In this document: piece after piece, positions 1 to 12,679 of the stretch | Numbering within the stretch: the first letter of the stretch is position 1 | How the letters are laid out: every line of letters begins with the position of its first letter | Source of the DNA: Isurus oxyrinchus | Taxonomy: Eukaryota | Length of the DNA stretch: 64,000 bases | Reading direction: 5' to 3' | NCBI GenBank assembly: GCA_026770705.1 | Contig: JANJGN010000035.1 | Coordinates: forward strand, 13,950,001-14,014,000 | Made by a program: the position numbers and the translations under genes | The notes under the pieces: generated by a model | What the model saw: the letters and a program-made list of their open reading frames with translations, nothing else | The model's database searches: none | What the model was told of the DNA's origin: nothing

Positions 1-430
1 GCCCATATGAGACCAGAGGAGACAGTTTTCCTCTCTCTGAGAGTTGTGCAACATTGGAACTGTATCTCAGCAGGTGGCGGAGGCAGGTGGTGGGGCGGGA
101 GGAGGTGGTGGTGGGTGGATCTTTGAATATATTCATGGCGGAGGGAGGTGATTCTTTGCAGGAAAGCACAACGCTACGGATGCTGGAAATCCGAAAGAAA
201 AACAGCAAATGCCTGTCAAACTAAGCTGGCCAAAGGCATCTGTGGAAGGATAAAAATAATTGAAGTTTGGAGTCCGTATAACTCTTCTTCAGAGTAGAGA
301 TTCTTGTTCGGAAGGGAATCAATAGTGACGGGAGCTGCGACGGTAAAGGTGATTGTGGAACTTAAAACATAAACAGATCAGAGCCATGCACGTCTTCAAA
401 GGGGGAGCAGACTCGAGGGGGCGGCCGAAT
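1..430 (+). mobile_element. CR1-type LINE 3' fragment interrupted by a short Penelope-tail element (about 160-295, minus)
   Basis: ttcctctctctgagagttgtgcaacattggaac ... gatcagagccatg ... ggagcagactcgagggggcggccgaat resembles the CR1 3' end; the same arrangement recurs at 42,373-42,815. Confidence 0.65.
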
Positions 431-1559
431 AGGAAGATCTAGGACAATCAAACGCCAAGTCAGGATGTACTTTATCTGGCAGAAAGGCTCGCTGGAAATA
501 ATCAACACGATTCTCCAAAAAAGGGTTAAACGTTTGACGATTTGGCGGATATGAGCGCTTCTTAATACATTCTGAACCTAATGACAATCTGTTGCATTCA
601 GACAGCGAGAATTTCGGCGACTACCGCTTCCAGTGCTGCGGTTCACACGAGTTGAATACATGGAGCTGAACGAATAAGTCTAAATGAATTTGAAGCCAGA
701 ACTCTCAGATGTAGGTTTGAATCCTTTCGCAACCTAGCAATCTTTTACCTCGGCCACAGAACTTCAACGTATGTCAAAAGATATCACATCTTCACCACCT
801 ATTGCATTTCCTTCCCAGAAATCCGCCCGCCACAGACCAATTCCAGCACACGCAAACCCATATTCGTCCACAAATATTTTCTGCCTGTCCCGAATCCTCG
901 CTGTTCCACACTGCAGCGTGATGTGACAACAGTTATCTCCCTAGTTTCCGTTATGGGTCCCCCAATCTTTTGAAGATCGCGTTCATTAAAAATACCACGA
1001 ATTTTCAGCAAGCTCAGCCGGGACCTTAGAAACTGACGGATGATGTATTTAGAGTTGGTGAATAATGTAATGTGTAGTTAGGCCTGCGAAGGTGCGATAT
1101 CATTCAGTTTTAAAGCGTTTCATTGTCACTTGAGCGAATCACATAATTTCGGGGCAGTCGTTAGATCTTAGCAGAGCGATATCTTCCTTCAAACATTGCA
1201 AGTTTTACCATCTTGCCCCGCGTTTCTTTAACTCCTATAGATAACTCCATCCTTGCTTGCGGATTTCGGTCTAAGGTCACAGCGTGAAATGGTAGCTCAA
1301 TATCAACTATTATACATGAATATCAGGAATGAACTAGCAGCATGAAGGTCAAGTTGCAGAAAGGCAACTTAGATCCTCATTTGTTAGGACTTCATTCGTA
1401 AAGCTTCGTAAACAGGGAAAGGATAACCGTTAGGGGACAGATCCTTACTCAAGAGATTCAAAACTCTCCACCCTGGGATGAATGTAAAGTTAAAAGAAGA
1501 GCCGCTAAGCTTGTGAATTTTGATGTACGAATCAATAACAATTGGTTCTGCGCACTTTT

Positions 1560-1920
1560 ACAATTCGCTTATGGGATGTGGGTTCCGCTGGCTGTGCCAG
1601 CATTTGTTGTCCATCCGTAGTTAACCCGGGAGAACGTGGCGCTCAGCTTTGTTGTTGATCCTATGCTGAGCTGTAGGTAAAACCACAGTGGTGTTTGGAC
1701 GGGAGTTTCATGATTTTGACCCACCGACAGTGACATTACGGCCACCATACTTCAGAGTCAAGGTGTTGAGTTAATTGGAGGGGGGAAACATGAGCAGTGT
1801 CCTTATATATCTGCTGCCTTTCTCCTTGCAGATGGCATTGCTCGTGGGTTTGTAAAATGCAGTCGAATAAGTCTTGGTGAATTCCTGCCAGTGCACCTAT
1901 GTCTTCTATTCCGAGCATCT
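1560..1920 (-). mobile_element. LINE 3' fragment (family whose tail reads cccacatcccatgaa)
   Basis: atgggatgtggg...gctggctgtgccagcattt...gggagtttcatgattttgaccca matches the tails at 8,815, 13,010-13,310, 43,730-44,030 and 48,890. Confidence 0.65.
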
Positions 1921-2009
1921 GAATGCCAATTCAGTTAAAGGCCTCAGCTGCTCTCTGCAGCTGACACATGGCCTGAGTAATTCCTCCATTTTCCCGTTCC
2001 AATTCGATA

Positions 2010-2975
2010 TTACAGAGAGTTGAACGGAGTGACAGGTTATATCACTGAAGTGTATAACATTTCAGGGAACTTGACAGGCTAGATTTTTGAAGGGTGTTCC
2101 CTATGCCTGGGGATACTAACTGTATGAATCTGGGTGATAGGAAAATAAGGAAACGAGGGCAGGTGGCAGTTCTCAATAAGGAGATCGTTGCACTGGTGGA
2201 GATAAAGGATGTAACAGAGTCTTTAAGGACAGTATTTATTTAGCAAGAGTTAAGGAACAAAAATCAACACTGACCTGTCCCAGTGTAGTGTACAGGCCAC
2301 CAACTATTGGAAAGAATGTATGAACTAATTTTGAGAGGAAACGATAGAGAAGATGAGAATTACAAAGCAGTTTCAACAGATGATGTAATTATCCTAAAAT
2401 AGACTGAGATAATACTGGTGAAAATGGCAGAGAGAAGCAACAACTCCTCGTATGTATTCGGGATAAAATTTTATTGTTTATAGTCTGATGGTAAATGATG
2501 AATTCTCAGCCTCGATGAGTAAAATGGATCAAGAAACAATAGTTAATAATTCAGAGGGCAACTATATTGACCTCTTAACATTTAGGTTCTCTATGCAAAG
2601 AGACAAATAACAATGCTATGCACTATTAAATCAATGGGGGAATGCCAACTGATATGATGTAAGAATGTAGTTCGCCCTGATACATATAAATCAACAATTA
2701 CTTGGCCAAATGGTAATAAAACAATCGTCTTCATTTACGGATGAGATATTTCAAGCAGGATCACGGTACATTCCCATGAAGGGGAAAGGCATGTCTAATA
2801 AACATAAAGTTTGTTTCTATGCGAAAGAGATAGAGATTGAGAGGAATTGGAGAAAGTGTGATCATGTCAGCAGTCATTTCAGTACTGTGATAAGGAAGAG
2901 GGCTGAATTCAGAAAGTTAAAATGGGAAGTGAAAATCCAAATATGAGAAGCAAACAGGGAGTATGAGAACAGACT
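2010..2975 (+). mobile_element. Decayed CR1 ORF2 fragments (endonuclease to linker region)
   Basis: gtagtgtacaggccacc (VVYRPP-like) and ORF 2710-2946 (...RYIPMKGKG...) resemble CR1 ORF2; many stops. Confidence 0.55.
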
Positions 2976-3039
2976 TCTGATTCCATTCACCTCCTCCCCA
3001 ACTGCACCAGTAGGACGTTTTGCAGTCCGCACCATGACA

Positions 3040-3590
3040 TATGACCATACAAACAACGAGCATGAGTATTCCATTCTGCCGCTCGAGCCCCCTCCATTAT
3101 TCAGTTAGATAATGGCTGGCCTGATATGAACCTCAAATCTGCACTGCGGCCTACCCCCGATAACACTTCATCCCCTTGCTTGCAATTAATCTATCCATCA
3201 TTGCCTTCAAAGTATTCAAATACTTTGCTGCCACCACCATTACTGTAACAGAGTTCCTTTGAACTCAGAACTCTCTGAGAAATAAAATCGACTCATTTCC
3301 GTTTTCAGTTAACAACTCCTTAATAAAAAGAGCAAACCCTGGTTTCAGAATCTCACTGAAGAGGAAACATCTTCTAGACATCCACCCTGTCAAGGCCTCT
3401 AATTTTTTTTCAGGTTTCAAACAGGTCGCATCTTTGTCTTCTGAACTTCAGTGGCTGCAAGCCTAACCTGTCCATTCGTTCCTCAGGAGACAACTGGCCC
3501 AATCCAGTTTTTAGCCTGGTAAACCCTCACTGAACTGTCCCCAATGCACTTTCATCTCGTCTTAAATAAGGTGAACAATACATTAAACTG
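3040..3590 (-). mobile_element. CR1 LINE 3' end
   Basis: ccattattcagttagataatggctgg ... catccaccctgtcaagg ... ctcactgaactgtccccaatgca...cttaaataaggtgaacaa, the reverse of a CR1 ORF2 C-terminus and tail. Confidence 0.75.
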
Positions 3591-5339
3591 GCCCATGCCC
3601 TCCTCCCTGTAATGTCACATGTAAATCTTAACACTCCCCCCAAACAATTTTCAAAGAGGCCAATTAGGGGAGGGGAGCAGGTTGAGTGAAATGTGAACAA
3701 GTGAGGTTTCCACAGCAATAGGAGTGAGAACGATGCAGGTGAGGGAGCGTCTGCCCCACCTCCTTCTCTTCCATCAACACCACACCAGTCCACTCGCCGT
3801 TCATGAGGTTGTCATTTCACTCCAACCCCTCTCTAAGCTGCGGAAAGCCTCAGCCGTTGGGGGGTGGGGGCGGGGGGTGGTGCTGAGGGGTTTGTGGAAC
3901 ACATTGGTATTACTCTCCTTTACCACAGAGATCCCACCTTCGACACCGGCACTTGCCCAATGACTCAGGCAGTACCCAGGCCGTTAATCACAAAGACCCG
4001 CCCCCCCTCCCCGCGCCCCAACACCACCACCGCACCCCCACCTGCACCCCCCCCCCCCCCCCCCCGCACCCAGTCGGCCGCATCGCCTACGAACACTGAC
4101 AACACCATGAGGGAGTTGGGGTGCCTTGATGATCAACGGCTGACCCGTTCAACTATTAGCAACTCAAAGCTTTCCAGTTGGCAATCTTAATTCTACCGAA
4201 TTTTCTGCCAGATTCAGCAGCTCGTCTATCGTACAATATTCACAATTTTAATAACATTTAATAAGAAGCCCCTCTGTCCCATGGCGCAAAATGGAACAGT
4301 CCACGTTTGTGGTTTCCACTATTTAAAGTAATAGAGGTAAAGGTACCAAAATATTGCTGCAATCTGTTCACACGCTTTTGCTCTGTAATCTCCTAAAACC
4401 TGTTCTAACCAATATTACGTCAACTTTAATTTGGATAAATTGAGACACTCTCAATTTGGATAACTTCTCTATCTCAGGCGTTCATTTTGAGTTGATGACT
4501 ATGTCACCCCCTGCTCAATTAAAGAAGGATTGGTTAGCAGTAGAACATTGGGAGATGAATTGGACTGATTCACCGAATAGGTGGGGAACCACTGCCAGGC
4601 TAAGGCTTCTTTAATTCAGGTTTTCCACGTAACATTAAAAAGTAATTGTTGTTATCATGAAAACAAACCGAATTTAATATCATTTACGAGAAAATCTAGT
4701 TTGAGGATAAAGCTGATACAAACATGATTTTGTATATTGTCCCGCCCCCCTCCCCTCCCACCGCAGCAATGTTTTGAGAATGACCCTGTTGCCGTGAGGG
4801 AGGGGTTTCATGTGACGTTGGAGTATATATCCTCCCCAATCCATTCCCCACTCCCACCCTGCGTTAATTAATGACAAGTTTATTCAGAGACTCAGCAACA
4901 GGGAGCTCTGAGTTATTGTTGGCTTTTTGTTCCATGATGTTGGTCATAATCGCACGTTAACCTTCGAAGGATGGGGACACTTCAATAGGCAGGAAGGTGT
5001 AGTTTAGCCCACAATCAGATCAGCTAGGATTTGGAGACAAGAATCGATGGGCCAAATAGCCTTACCCCTGCTCCAATTGCTTAAGTTTTTGTTGCCATTG
5101 GACAGCGGTTTTGTGTCAATGTCGCTGAGCTATTAATGCCGAGACCCAGGCTAATGCATTGCGCACATGGTGGAATTTAATGTCCTGCAGTGGAATTTAT
5201 AGTCAGTTGCCGATGCTGCCATGTGCAACAGTTCTGGTTTTGATTGGTTCTTTGAGATATCTCATAACATCCCAAAATTACAAAGATTTAGAATGTCCTC
5301 ATTCAAAAGTAAATGCTTCTTACGTGAATGAAGACAATC

Positions 5340-7610
5340 AACCTCCCTGTCTCTGTAAAATCTTCCACGCCTTATCACGCACAATGCAGCTGTAGACTGA
5401 TTTCGCCTGTGCAACCTGTGCTATTTATTTAGACACTCCCAGGCCCTATCTTAGTATAAATGTGGCTTTCCACAATCCTCTCCCAAGCACTGAATTCCTT
5501 CCTCACCCTATAAATCCCCGAGCCACAAAAAGCCTCCTTATGCCTTGAACCTCCTCTAGCAGCTACAAAACTCCCTACCGCTTTCCAATCCGTCAACTCC
5601 TCCTTATCTTTGGAAACGTCTTCAGGCCCTAAAATCAGTCCTCTAAGCTAATATTAATTCAGCCTCCACAATCCTTCGTAGACTAGAACATCCTCCAGCT
5701 ACTAATAATCTCCCTATCTCTGTAACCTCCACAAGCACATAATATTTTCCACAATTTTGAATCATCTCCAGCTGCTACAGCGCTCCCAATGCCTATAACT
5801 TCTGCTGGCACATCAACCCTACAAGTCTCTGTAACCCGTCCATTCTCAAAATGACATGTTGTTTCCGTAAGCTCCTCCAGCACCTACAAACCTGAAATTC
5901 CCTGATGCCCTAAAACTCTATTTCACCATCTCTGTAAACTTTCCAGCCGCACAACTTCCTTATAGTTTTAAACTTCCCCATCTCTTACATCCCTCCCTAA
6001 CTCTGTAATCTCTCCAAGTCCCACCAATCCTCCCTAACGCAGTAAATTCTTCGGCACCTTCCAACACTCCTCATCTAATTAATACATTTCTGTTCTAAAT
6101 AACCTCCCTACCTCTGTTACCTGCAATGCCCTCCATAAGAATCACTGTTTGTAAATTCATCCAGATCTTAAAAATAGCACTATCTTTGTACCTACCAAAA
6201 GCCCCTTTAACCAGGGCATTCTCTGAAAACTGACCACTTATTACACCACCTATCTCTGTCAGCTCCTTCAGACCCTGAATTCCTATATACCACTCATCCA
6301 ATCTCTTGAATATTTATGATTCCCTGTAGCAATCTCCTGGCATTGAACATTCGGAATCTCTGTAAACTCCTCCAGCCATTCAACATTTTTTTTTAAATTC
6401 TGGAATCTCCTTCAGCCTCATAAACCCTTCTTAGGTCTGTCACCTCCTCAAGCCGCTACAGTCCTCGCTACATCTGTGGCCTTCTCCAGCCCCTACAACC
6501 ATACCTATATATGTAACCTCCTCCAGCCCCTACAACGCTCATAACTCTGTCACCTCCACCATCTCCTACAACTGTCCCTCTGTCCGAAAAATTCTGCTGG
6601 CAATACAACTCTCCGTAACTCGGTATACCTACTCCAGCAACTACCATTCTTCCAGTCTATTAGATCCTCCAGCCCCAGGAAATATTCTATCTCTGTAAAC
6701 TCCTCCGGATCCTACATCCCTCCGCACCGCTTGCTCCTCCAATCCGTCCTAAAACTGTCAACTGCTCCATCGCCTAAAGAACTTCCTATCAGTTTAACTT
6801 CCTAAAGCCCACACAACTCCTATATGATTGTCCCTCCTACAGCCTCCACAGCTGTCTCCATCTCTGTATGCTCCTTCGATATCCACAACCCCTACTGCCA
6901 CTGTAACATCCAATAGTCCCACAACACTCCCCATCCGTCTTATCAAGTCCGGCCCATGCAAAACTGTCTGTTTCTGTAACCTCCTCCAGGCCCTAGTTCC
7001 CTCGCAATCTCTGTCACCTTGTTCATCTCCTATGCTCCGCAAAGTCCGTAACCTCCTCCAAATCCTACAGTTCTCCCTCTGTTTATTATCTCCTCTAGCC
7101 ACTGCACACCTCCCTAAATGTGCAGACAACTCCAGCGCATACAACACTGCCTATCTGTGCAGAATCCTCTAACGGCTTCAACCCTTCCGATCTCTGCAAC
7201 ATCCTAAAGCCCCTAATCCCCCCCCCCCCCCCCCATCTCTGTAACCTCCTCCCGCCACTTCAACCCTCCCTAGCTCTGCAGCCTCCACTAGCCCCTATAG
7301 CCCTCCCTGTCACGGTAACATCCACCAGCTCGTACACCTCCTGAACTCCGTAACTTCTTCCAAAGTCTGCTGCTTTCCGTCACTCTGTAACCCCCTAAAG
7401 TCCCTCAAACCGTCTCTACCTCTATACCTTCCTACAGCCTATGCACCACTCCCTAACAGTGCAGCGTCCTCCAGGTCCTGTAACCCTTTCTAACTCTGTA
7501 ACCTACTGCAGTGCCCATAACCGTACCCTTCTCTAGACATCTCCAGCTCATATATCGACCCCATCTCTATAACCTCCTCCAGCTCCTGCAACCGTTCCTA
7601 TCTCTGGAAA
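5340..7610 (+). repeat. Degenerate ~36-37 bp minisatellite (ccctatctctgtaacctcctccagcccctacaaccct)
   Basis: ctccagcccctacaac-like motif recurs at 6,484, 6,521 and 6,557 and throughout the interval; about 60 diverged units. Confidence 0.9.
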
Positions 7611-7884
7611 CGACTTCAAACTTGTCAATCATTACAAATATGCTTTTAGTGGCAGTTTTTTTTATGTGACTTCGCTGCAACGTTTTCTATATTGGAACAA
7701 TAACTTTATTTTAAAAGAAGTCATTAATATCGATATTTTATTTATTGGCATATTATATCTCATGAAATGCAAGTTTTTTCTTGTTTATCTGTTGCACAAT
7801 TAGTCCGTCAAAACAGAGGTCCTCACAAAATACAAAACCATTTGAAGGAATACTTTTCACAGTTATTTCGACAGCACTATGTAC

Positions 7885-8790
7885 ACTAATTAGCCCATGT
7901 AACTGGGCTAATTATCTAGCGTCCAGATGTTCAGGGGTTATAATGCTGTATGAATAATCCAGGGGACACTGGTGCATGGGTTATGTTACTGAACTAATTA
8001 TCCAATGAAGATTCTTGTAGTTTTTATGTTATTTAACTAATTACCCGTGGTACAGTTGCGAAGTGATTATATAACTGCAACAAAAAATCCAGAGTACAGG
8101 AGCATAGGGATTATGTCACTGGACTAATAATCCTGGGAACAGCAGTGTAGCTTTTATATTTTTAGAGTAATAATCCGGCTTATGTTTGTGTAGGAATGAT
8201 GTTACTCATCTCGAAATCCAGGGTACAGGACTGTTGGTGTTATGTTAATTGGCTGATAATCCAGGGTTCTGTAGTGTCGGTTTTATGTTACTGGACAGTC
8301 AATCCAGGGTACAGAAGTGAGAGGTTATGCTACTGTCCAAATAATACTGGGTACAGTGGTTTAAGGGTTATGTTACTGCACTAATAATCCAGAGTACAAT
8401 GGTTTAAAGGTTATGTTACTGGATTAATAATCCAGGGCGCAGCAGTGTAGGGGTTATGTTGCTGGACTAAAAATCCAGGTTAAAGTAGTTCGGGGATTAT
8501 TTTATAGGACTAATAATCCAGGGAACAGTCCAGTTGAGATTAAGTCACTGGACTAAAAATGCACAATGCAATATTTTGGGGAATATTTTACAAGACTAAT
8601 AATCCACGGTACATTTGTTCAGGGATTATTTTTCAGCACTGATAAACCAGGCTGCAGTGCTGTTGAGGTTATGTTACTGGGCTAATAATCATGAGTGCAG
8701 TAGTGTGGTTGTTATTTCCTGGATTTATAATCCAAAATTCGTTAGTGTGAAGGCTCTATTACTGGACTAATCTTCGACCTGACAATAGTG
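7885..8790 (+). repeat. Degenerate 43 bp minisatellite (tagtgtaggggttatgttactggactaataatccagggtacag)
   Basis: ttatgtt-type motif at 8,411, 8,454 and 8,497 (period 43); about 21 units. Confidence 0.92.
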
Positions 8791-8804
8791 TTCTTGCTTT
8801 AAAA

Positions 8805-9060
8805 AAAAATCCTACGGGATGTGGGCATCCCTGGCTGGGTCAGCATTTTTCTCCATCTTTAGTCGACCTTGTGAAGGTAGTGGTGATACCCTTTTATGAA
8901 TGGCTGCATTCCTTGCAGGGCAGCTGCACTCAAAGTGATATTAGAAAGCAAGACTAGGATGCTGACCCAGCGACACCGAAGGATCAGCGATAAAATTCCA
9001 AGTGAGCCTGGTGAGTGGTTGGAGGGAAACTTCCAGGGAGTGGTGTTTCTTGCATTTTGT
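8805..9060 (-). mobile_element. LINE 3' tail fragment
   Basis: gggatgtgggcatccctggctgggtcagcattt...gaaggtagtggtga...ttccaagtgag; paralogous copy at 48,890-49,150. Confidence 0.7.
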
Positions 9061-9911
9061 TAATATTTAAAGCACTTGCCATCATTAATCAATGGCGCTA
9101 CTCTGTGTATTTAACTAAAATAAACGAAGGCAGTAATGTTCGTAAGCTTTAAATTGTGTTAAAAGCAGATTGAATAATAAGTTATTAAAAATTACCTGAT
9201 GGGTTGTATTCCTTCTACTGGCCAAACAGAACGCCGATTTCCTAGTAATTTGATTGACCCTTTTAGTTAAATTCCAAACGCAAAGATGCATCAAACATAG
9301 AGAGTCAGCTACACCTGACAATCATCTACAAACCTCATTAGACATAAACTTATTTACCGGTTAAGCTAAAGCCAAACTCTCAGTCGAAGCAAAAAGAAGA
9401 AACATTTTGAACAGAAGTGCAACATTTGAGACATTGTCCCTGCATTCATTAAGTAACCAGCGCTGGATAACAACTTGCCTCAAGTACAACTTGGATTTTC
9501 AGTATAGAAACAACACCACGGAAAACCTTCAACAACGGCCCAAGTCGGCCATTAACAAGTTCAGCCAGCAGGCAATTGAAGGTAACGTCTGACCCGATTG
9601 TCTGCACCTCTTTCGCATCTATGTTCGCTGACAGGCGCACCTGGAGAGGGATTTTCCAGGCCTTCCTTGATCAGCGGCACCGTGGGGGGGGGACTGTTTC
9701 TTTTTTTTCTTGACCCTGTTAATCATATTTCGGTTTAATGTTTGTAACTTTACCTTAAAACCTGCCTTAATTTTCCAGTTTCCCTTTAAGAGACTCCCCG
9801 TTACGTTGTTCATAATTTTGTTAGTTTATTTTATTTGGTTCATTGAAAAGAGTTACACGGAACAAAAGAAGACGTAAATAATTGTTATTTCAATCATTTT
9901 GTATCAGAGAC

Positions 9912-10041
9912 CTTGAGTTCTGCTGAAAAAAGAGACATGTCCAAGCTTTTCGCCTTGCACTTCATTGGTAGTCTTCCGAAGTGACCTGATAAGTGCAAAA
10001 TTAAAAGCTTCAACTTGTCTCTTTTCCCAATAACACTCAAG
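9912..10041. mobile_element. Small palindromic element made of two opposed hammerhead-like (Penelope-type) modules
   Basis: Imperfect inverted arms cttgag...ctcaag; each arm is a decayed CTGATGAGTGCAAGACGAAAAGCTTCGACA. Confidence 0.65.
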
Positions 10042-10399
10042 TTGTTACTTACATTTTCGGCTTTAATATCACTGAAATTATTGGGCTTGCTTATCCAACA
10101 ATTAGAGATAATGTCTGAATACGCATTGAAGATGCTCTTCTAAAATGTGGTGTGCTTATATATCTGTGCTCCACATTAAAGGACATGGTATCAGAAAGGT
10201 GGTGGTGCACAAACGGCAGGTCTGCACCGGATGGGAAGGCTGGGCTTCCAGGAATGGCCTGTTAACTCAGTAGTGATCAGATAGCGCCAACGCCCAACGT
10301 GACAATTGCCCCATTGTTCCCGAGAAGAGACATGCTTCTTAGATATTGAGAATTGTGTACATAATATTTGCAAAAAAATTTGCACAAGATGCAGCATAT

Positions 10400-10770
10400 T
10401 TTTTTTCTAATTTGCTCAAATGCTTGTGGGCATCACTGGCTAGGCCGGCATCTATTGCCCTCCCGAAATATTATTGTTCAGAGGGCAGTTCAGAGTCAAG
10501 CACATTGCTTTGGATCTTGAGTCGCATGTCGGTCAGACCAGGAATGGTCGACAGCTAAATTCTGCCCAAAAGGGAATCCGTGAACCAGGTGAGCTTATAA
10601 TCAAAAATCGATTCATGGTGATCAATAGGCTTCATTTTTATTTGAGATTTGTATTGAAGTCAAATTTAACCATTTGCCACGAAGGGATTTGAATCTGGAT
10701 TTCCCAGTGCCCAGTGATTTAGCTTCAGGGATCCCAATACAGTGGCATTAGTCGAATGCAACTGCCTCCC
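10400..10770 (-). mobile_element. tRNA-headed SINE
   Basis: gtgggcatcactggctaggcc...cacattgctttggatcttgagtcgcatgtcggtcagaccagg...caaatttaaccatttgccac; same family as 20,740, 29,835 and 50,515. Confidence 0.7.
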
Positions 10771-11399
10771 CATATATGATAGTGGAAAAATTTTTTACAT
10801 AACGTATGGTTCAGGGCTAGAAGGCCGTGTCTTGAATTGTGGTGGAGGCGTCTACAATCGAGGCATTCAAGGGGGCATTGAATGAATACTTGAACAGAGA
10901 CAATTTGCAGGATTCTGGGGGGAAAGGGAGCTTAATGGCATTAGATAATAATGATAATTTGCAGTTCCGGTTTCAGGTGCGATGGACAAAAAGTTTCTTG
11001 CTGTGCCGTAAACATTCTGTCATATTATCAAAGCTAACCAGGCTTTAAAACAAACCAGTTGGCCGTCCACACCAGTTTCCCTGAGCAACTGTGGCGGGAT
11101 AGAAAGGCGATTCGTTCGCAAACGGGGTCGCTTTGGGCTCCATTCACCTTTGGAGCGAATCGGATTTCATTGTGCACCTCTGGGTCACTGGCGTCTCAGG
11201 TAGTGAGTCCAATCGCTTTTACCACGCTGGTACTTTCTTCATCTGTTCAACCCGGGGGGAATCAGTATTTAATCCACCTGAAATGAACACCATAGTAAAA
11301 GTGACCTGTACTGTGAGCTGGCAAATCCCTTTTAGTCACACGACATGATTGACAGGCTAGAGCTAAAACTCGATATGTGAGTTTAATAAGGCAGAACTC

Positions 11400-12156
11400 A
11401 AGGTTTCACTCGCACTTCCAGTTGCCCTCGAGGTGGATATGGTGGGGAAGAAACCATTGACCCGCTTCTTGTGGAATGTGGTTTTGCAGGGAAGGTCTGG
11501 AGAGAAGCGCCATGGTTTTATTTGACGAGATTTATCCCGAGTAGCTCCGTGACATAGGATTCTGTGCCCTCGGGTCTGTTCCCCAAAGCGCGCACGGAGA
11601 TAAACATCAACTTCAGCTGGTGGATAATCAACTCGGTGAAAGATGCTCTTCGTTCTGACAGAAATCAATTGGTCTTGCAGTGCAAAGAGTTGTCCGGGGA
11701 CGAGTATTATTGACTGGCACATGAGAAATCCCAGAACCACGTGCTGAGAATGCCCTTAAGCTTGCAGCCGCTGCAGGAATGGTGCAACGGGGAAAGGTCA
11801 TTGTCTAAGACATTTCTGTCATACTGCACCCATGGGCTCGGAATTGTATTGACCCCTCTGGCTGTATGGTTCATAATGAATATGCAGTGAATACCAAATT
11901 TATCATAATTTTACTGAAGCACGTCAGAAAGCAGATAGATTCAGGTAGAGAAAGAAATACTGTTGCACGTTCTAACTGTTTTGACCATTATCAATGCTGT
12001 AATTTTCCGTTATTGTATTGAAGCACCTCACGGTGTGACGTGGTCTATGTGGAAAAAAATAATATGATTGCACTTTTTGTGGTGGCCGTTTTGAAATATT
12101 TTGTAATGTACTTTCAGATATTTTAGCAATAAAGCATATTTTTGCAAAAAAAAAAG
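11400..12156 (+). mobile_element. Tx1/L1-clade LINE 3' fragment with poly(A)
   Basis: Plus-strand translation CPRGGYGGEETIDPLLVECGFAGKVWRE...FIPSSSVT*DSV.SGLFP...IINSVKDAL resembles the Cys-rich C-terminus of Tx1/L1 ORF2. Ends with AATAAA (about 12,128) and an A-run (12,145-12,155). Confidence 0.8.
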
Positions 12157-12679
12157 ATTGCCATTTGTGACTGGTTGTTGGATACTCTTGGTCTTCCATT
12201 TCATTTAACGCAGGAGGTCACTCGCTTGGCTATCCCATCCCAGGTCAATTGCACTCACTCCTTGTGTGTTTGTGTTTATTCATTTATGGGGTGTGGCAGA
12301 CGCTGGCAAGGCCACCATCCTAAAAGTCCCCGGGCCCTCTACGGGGGCCCATTTCCTTCTACAGTATTTATTTAGGACTTTTGCCTGTGTGCACATAGAT
12401 CCATTTTCGAACGCGTAAATAAGAAGTGATTTTGAAGCAAAATTGTCCGGAAGAAAAATTGTATAACCAGGTTCAGGTGGCTGGAGGGCTGGGGAGACAA
12501 GCGTCAGAAAGCAATTAATGCAGACAAATGGAAAGAGGTGCACTTTGGCAAGAAGAGCGTGAAAATGCAAATCAATATTAAAAACAAATAAGACCCCTTC
12601 AGTGGGTATGTGCATGGGGTTAAAATACTTTGGAACATAAATACATAAATCGTGGAAAATGACTTGGCAAGTTGAGAAT

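Noticed and set aside
655-740. tRNA-Ser/Leu-like relic (ggtttgaatcc)
   Set aside because: Only a B-box-like motif; no cloverleaf, and the paralog at about 43,060-43,130 does not improve the match.
4478-4580. Open plus-strand exon-like segment (VHFELMTMSPP...)
   Set aside because: The paralog at about 45,311 has a stop and indels in that frame; no recognisable motif.
7885-8790. CRISPR-like periodic array
   Set aside because: Contiguous degenerate 43 bp units with no unique spacers, no cas genes and a vertebrate context.
11363-11740. 125 aa minus-strand ORF
   Set aside because: Antisense shadow of the plus-strand Tx1 ORF2 remnant.
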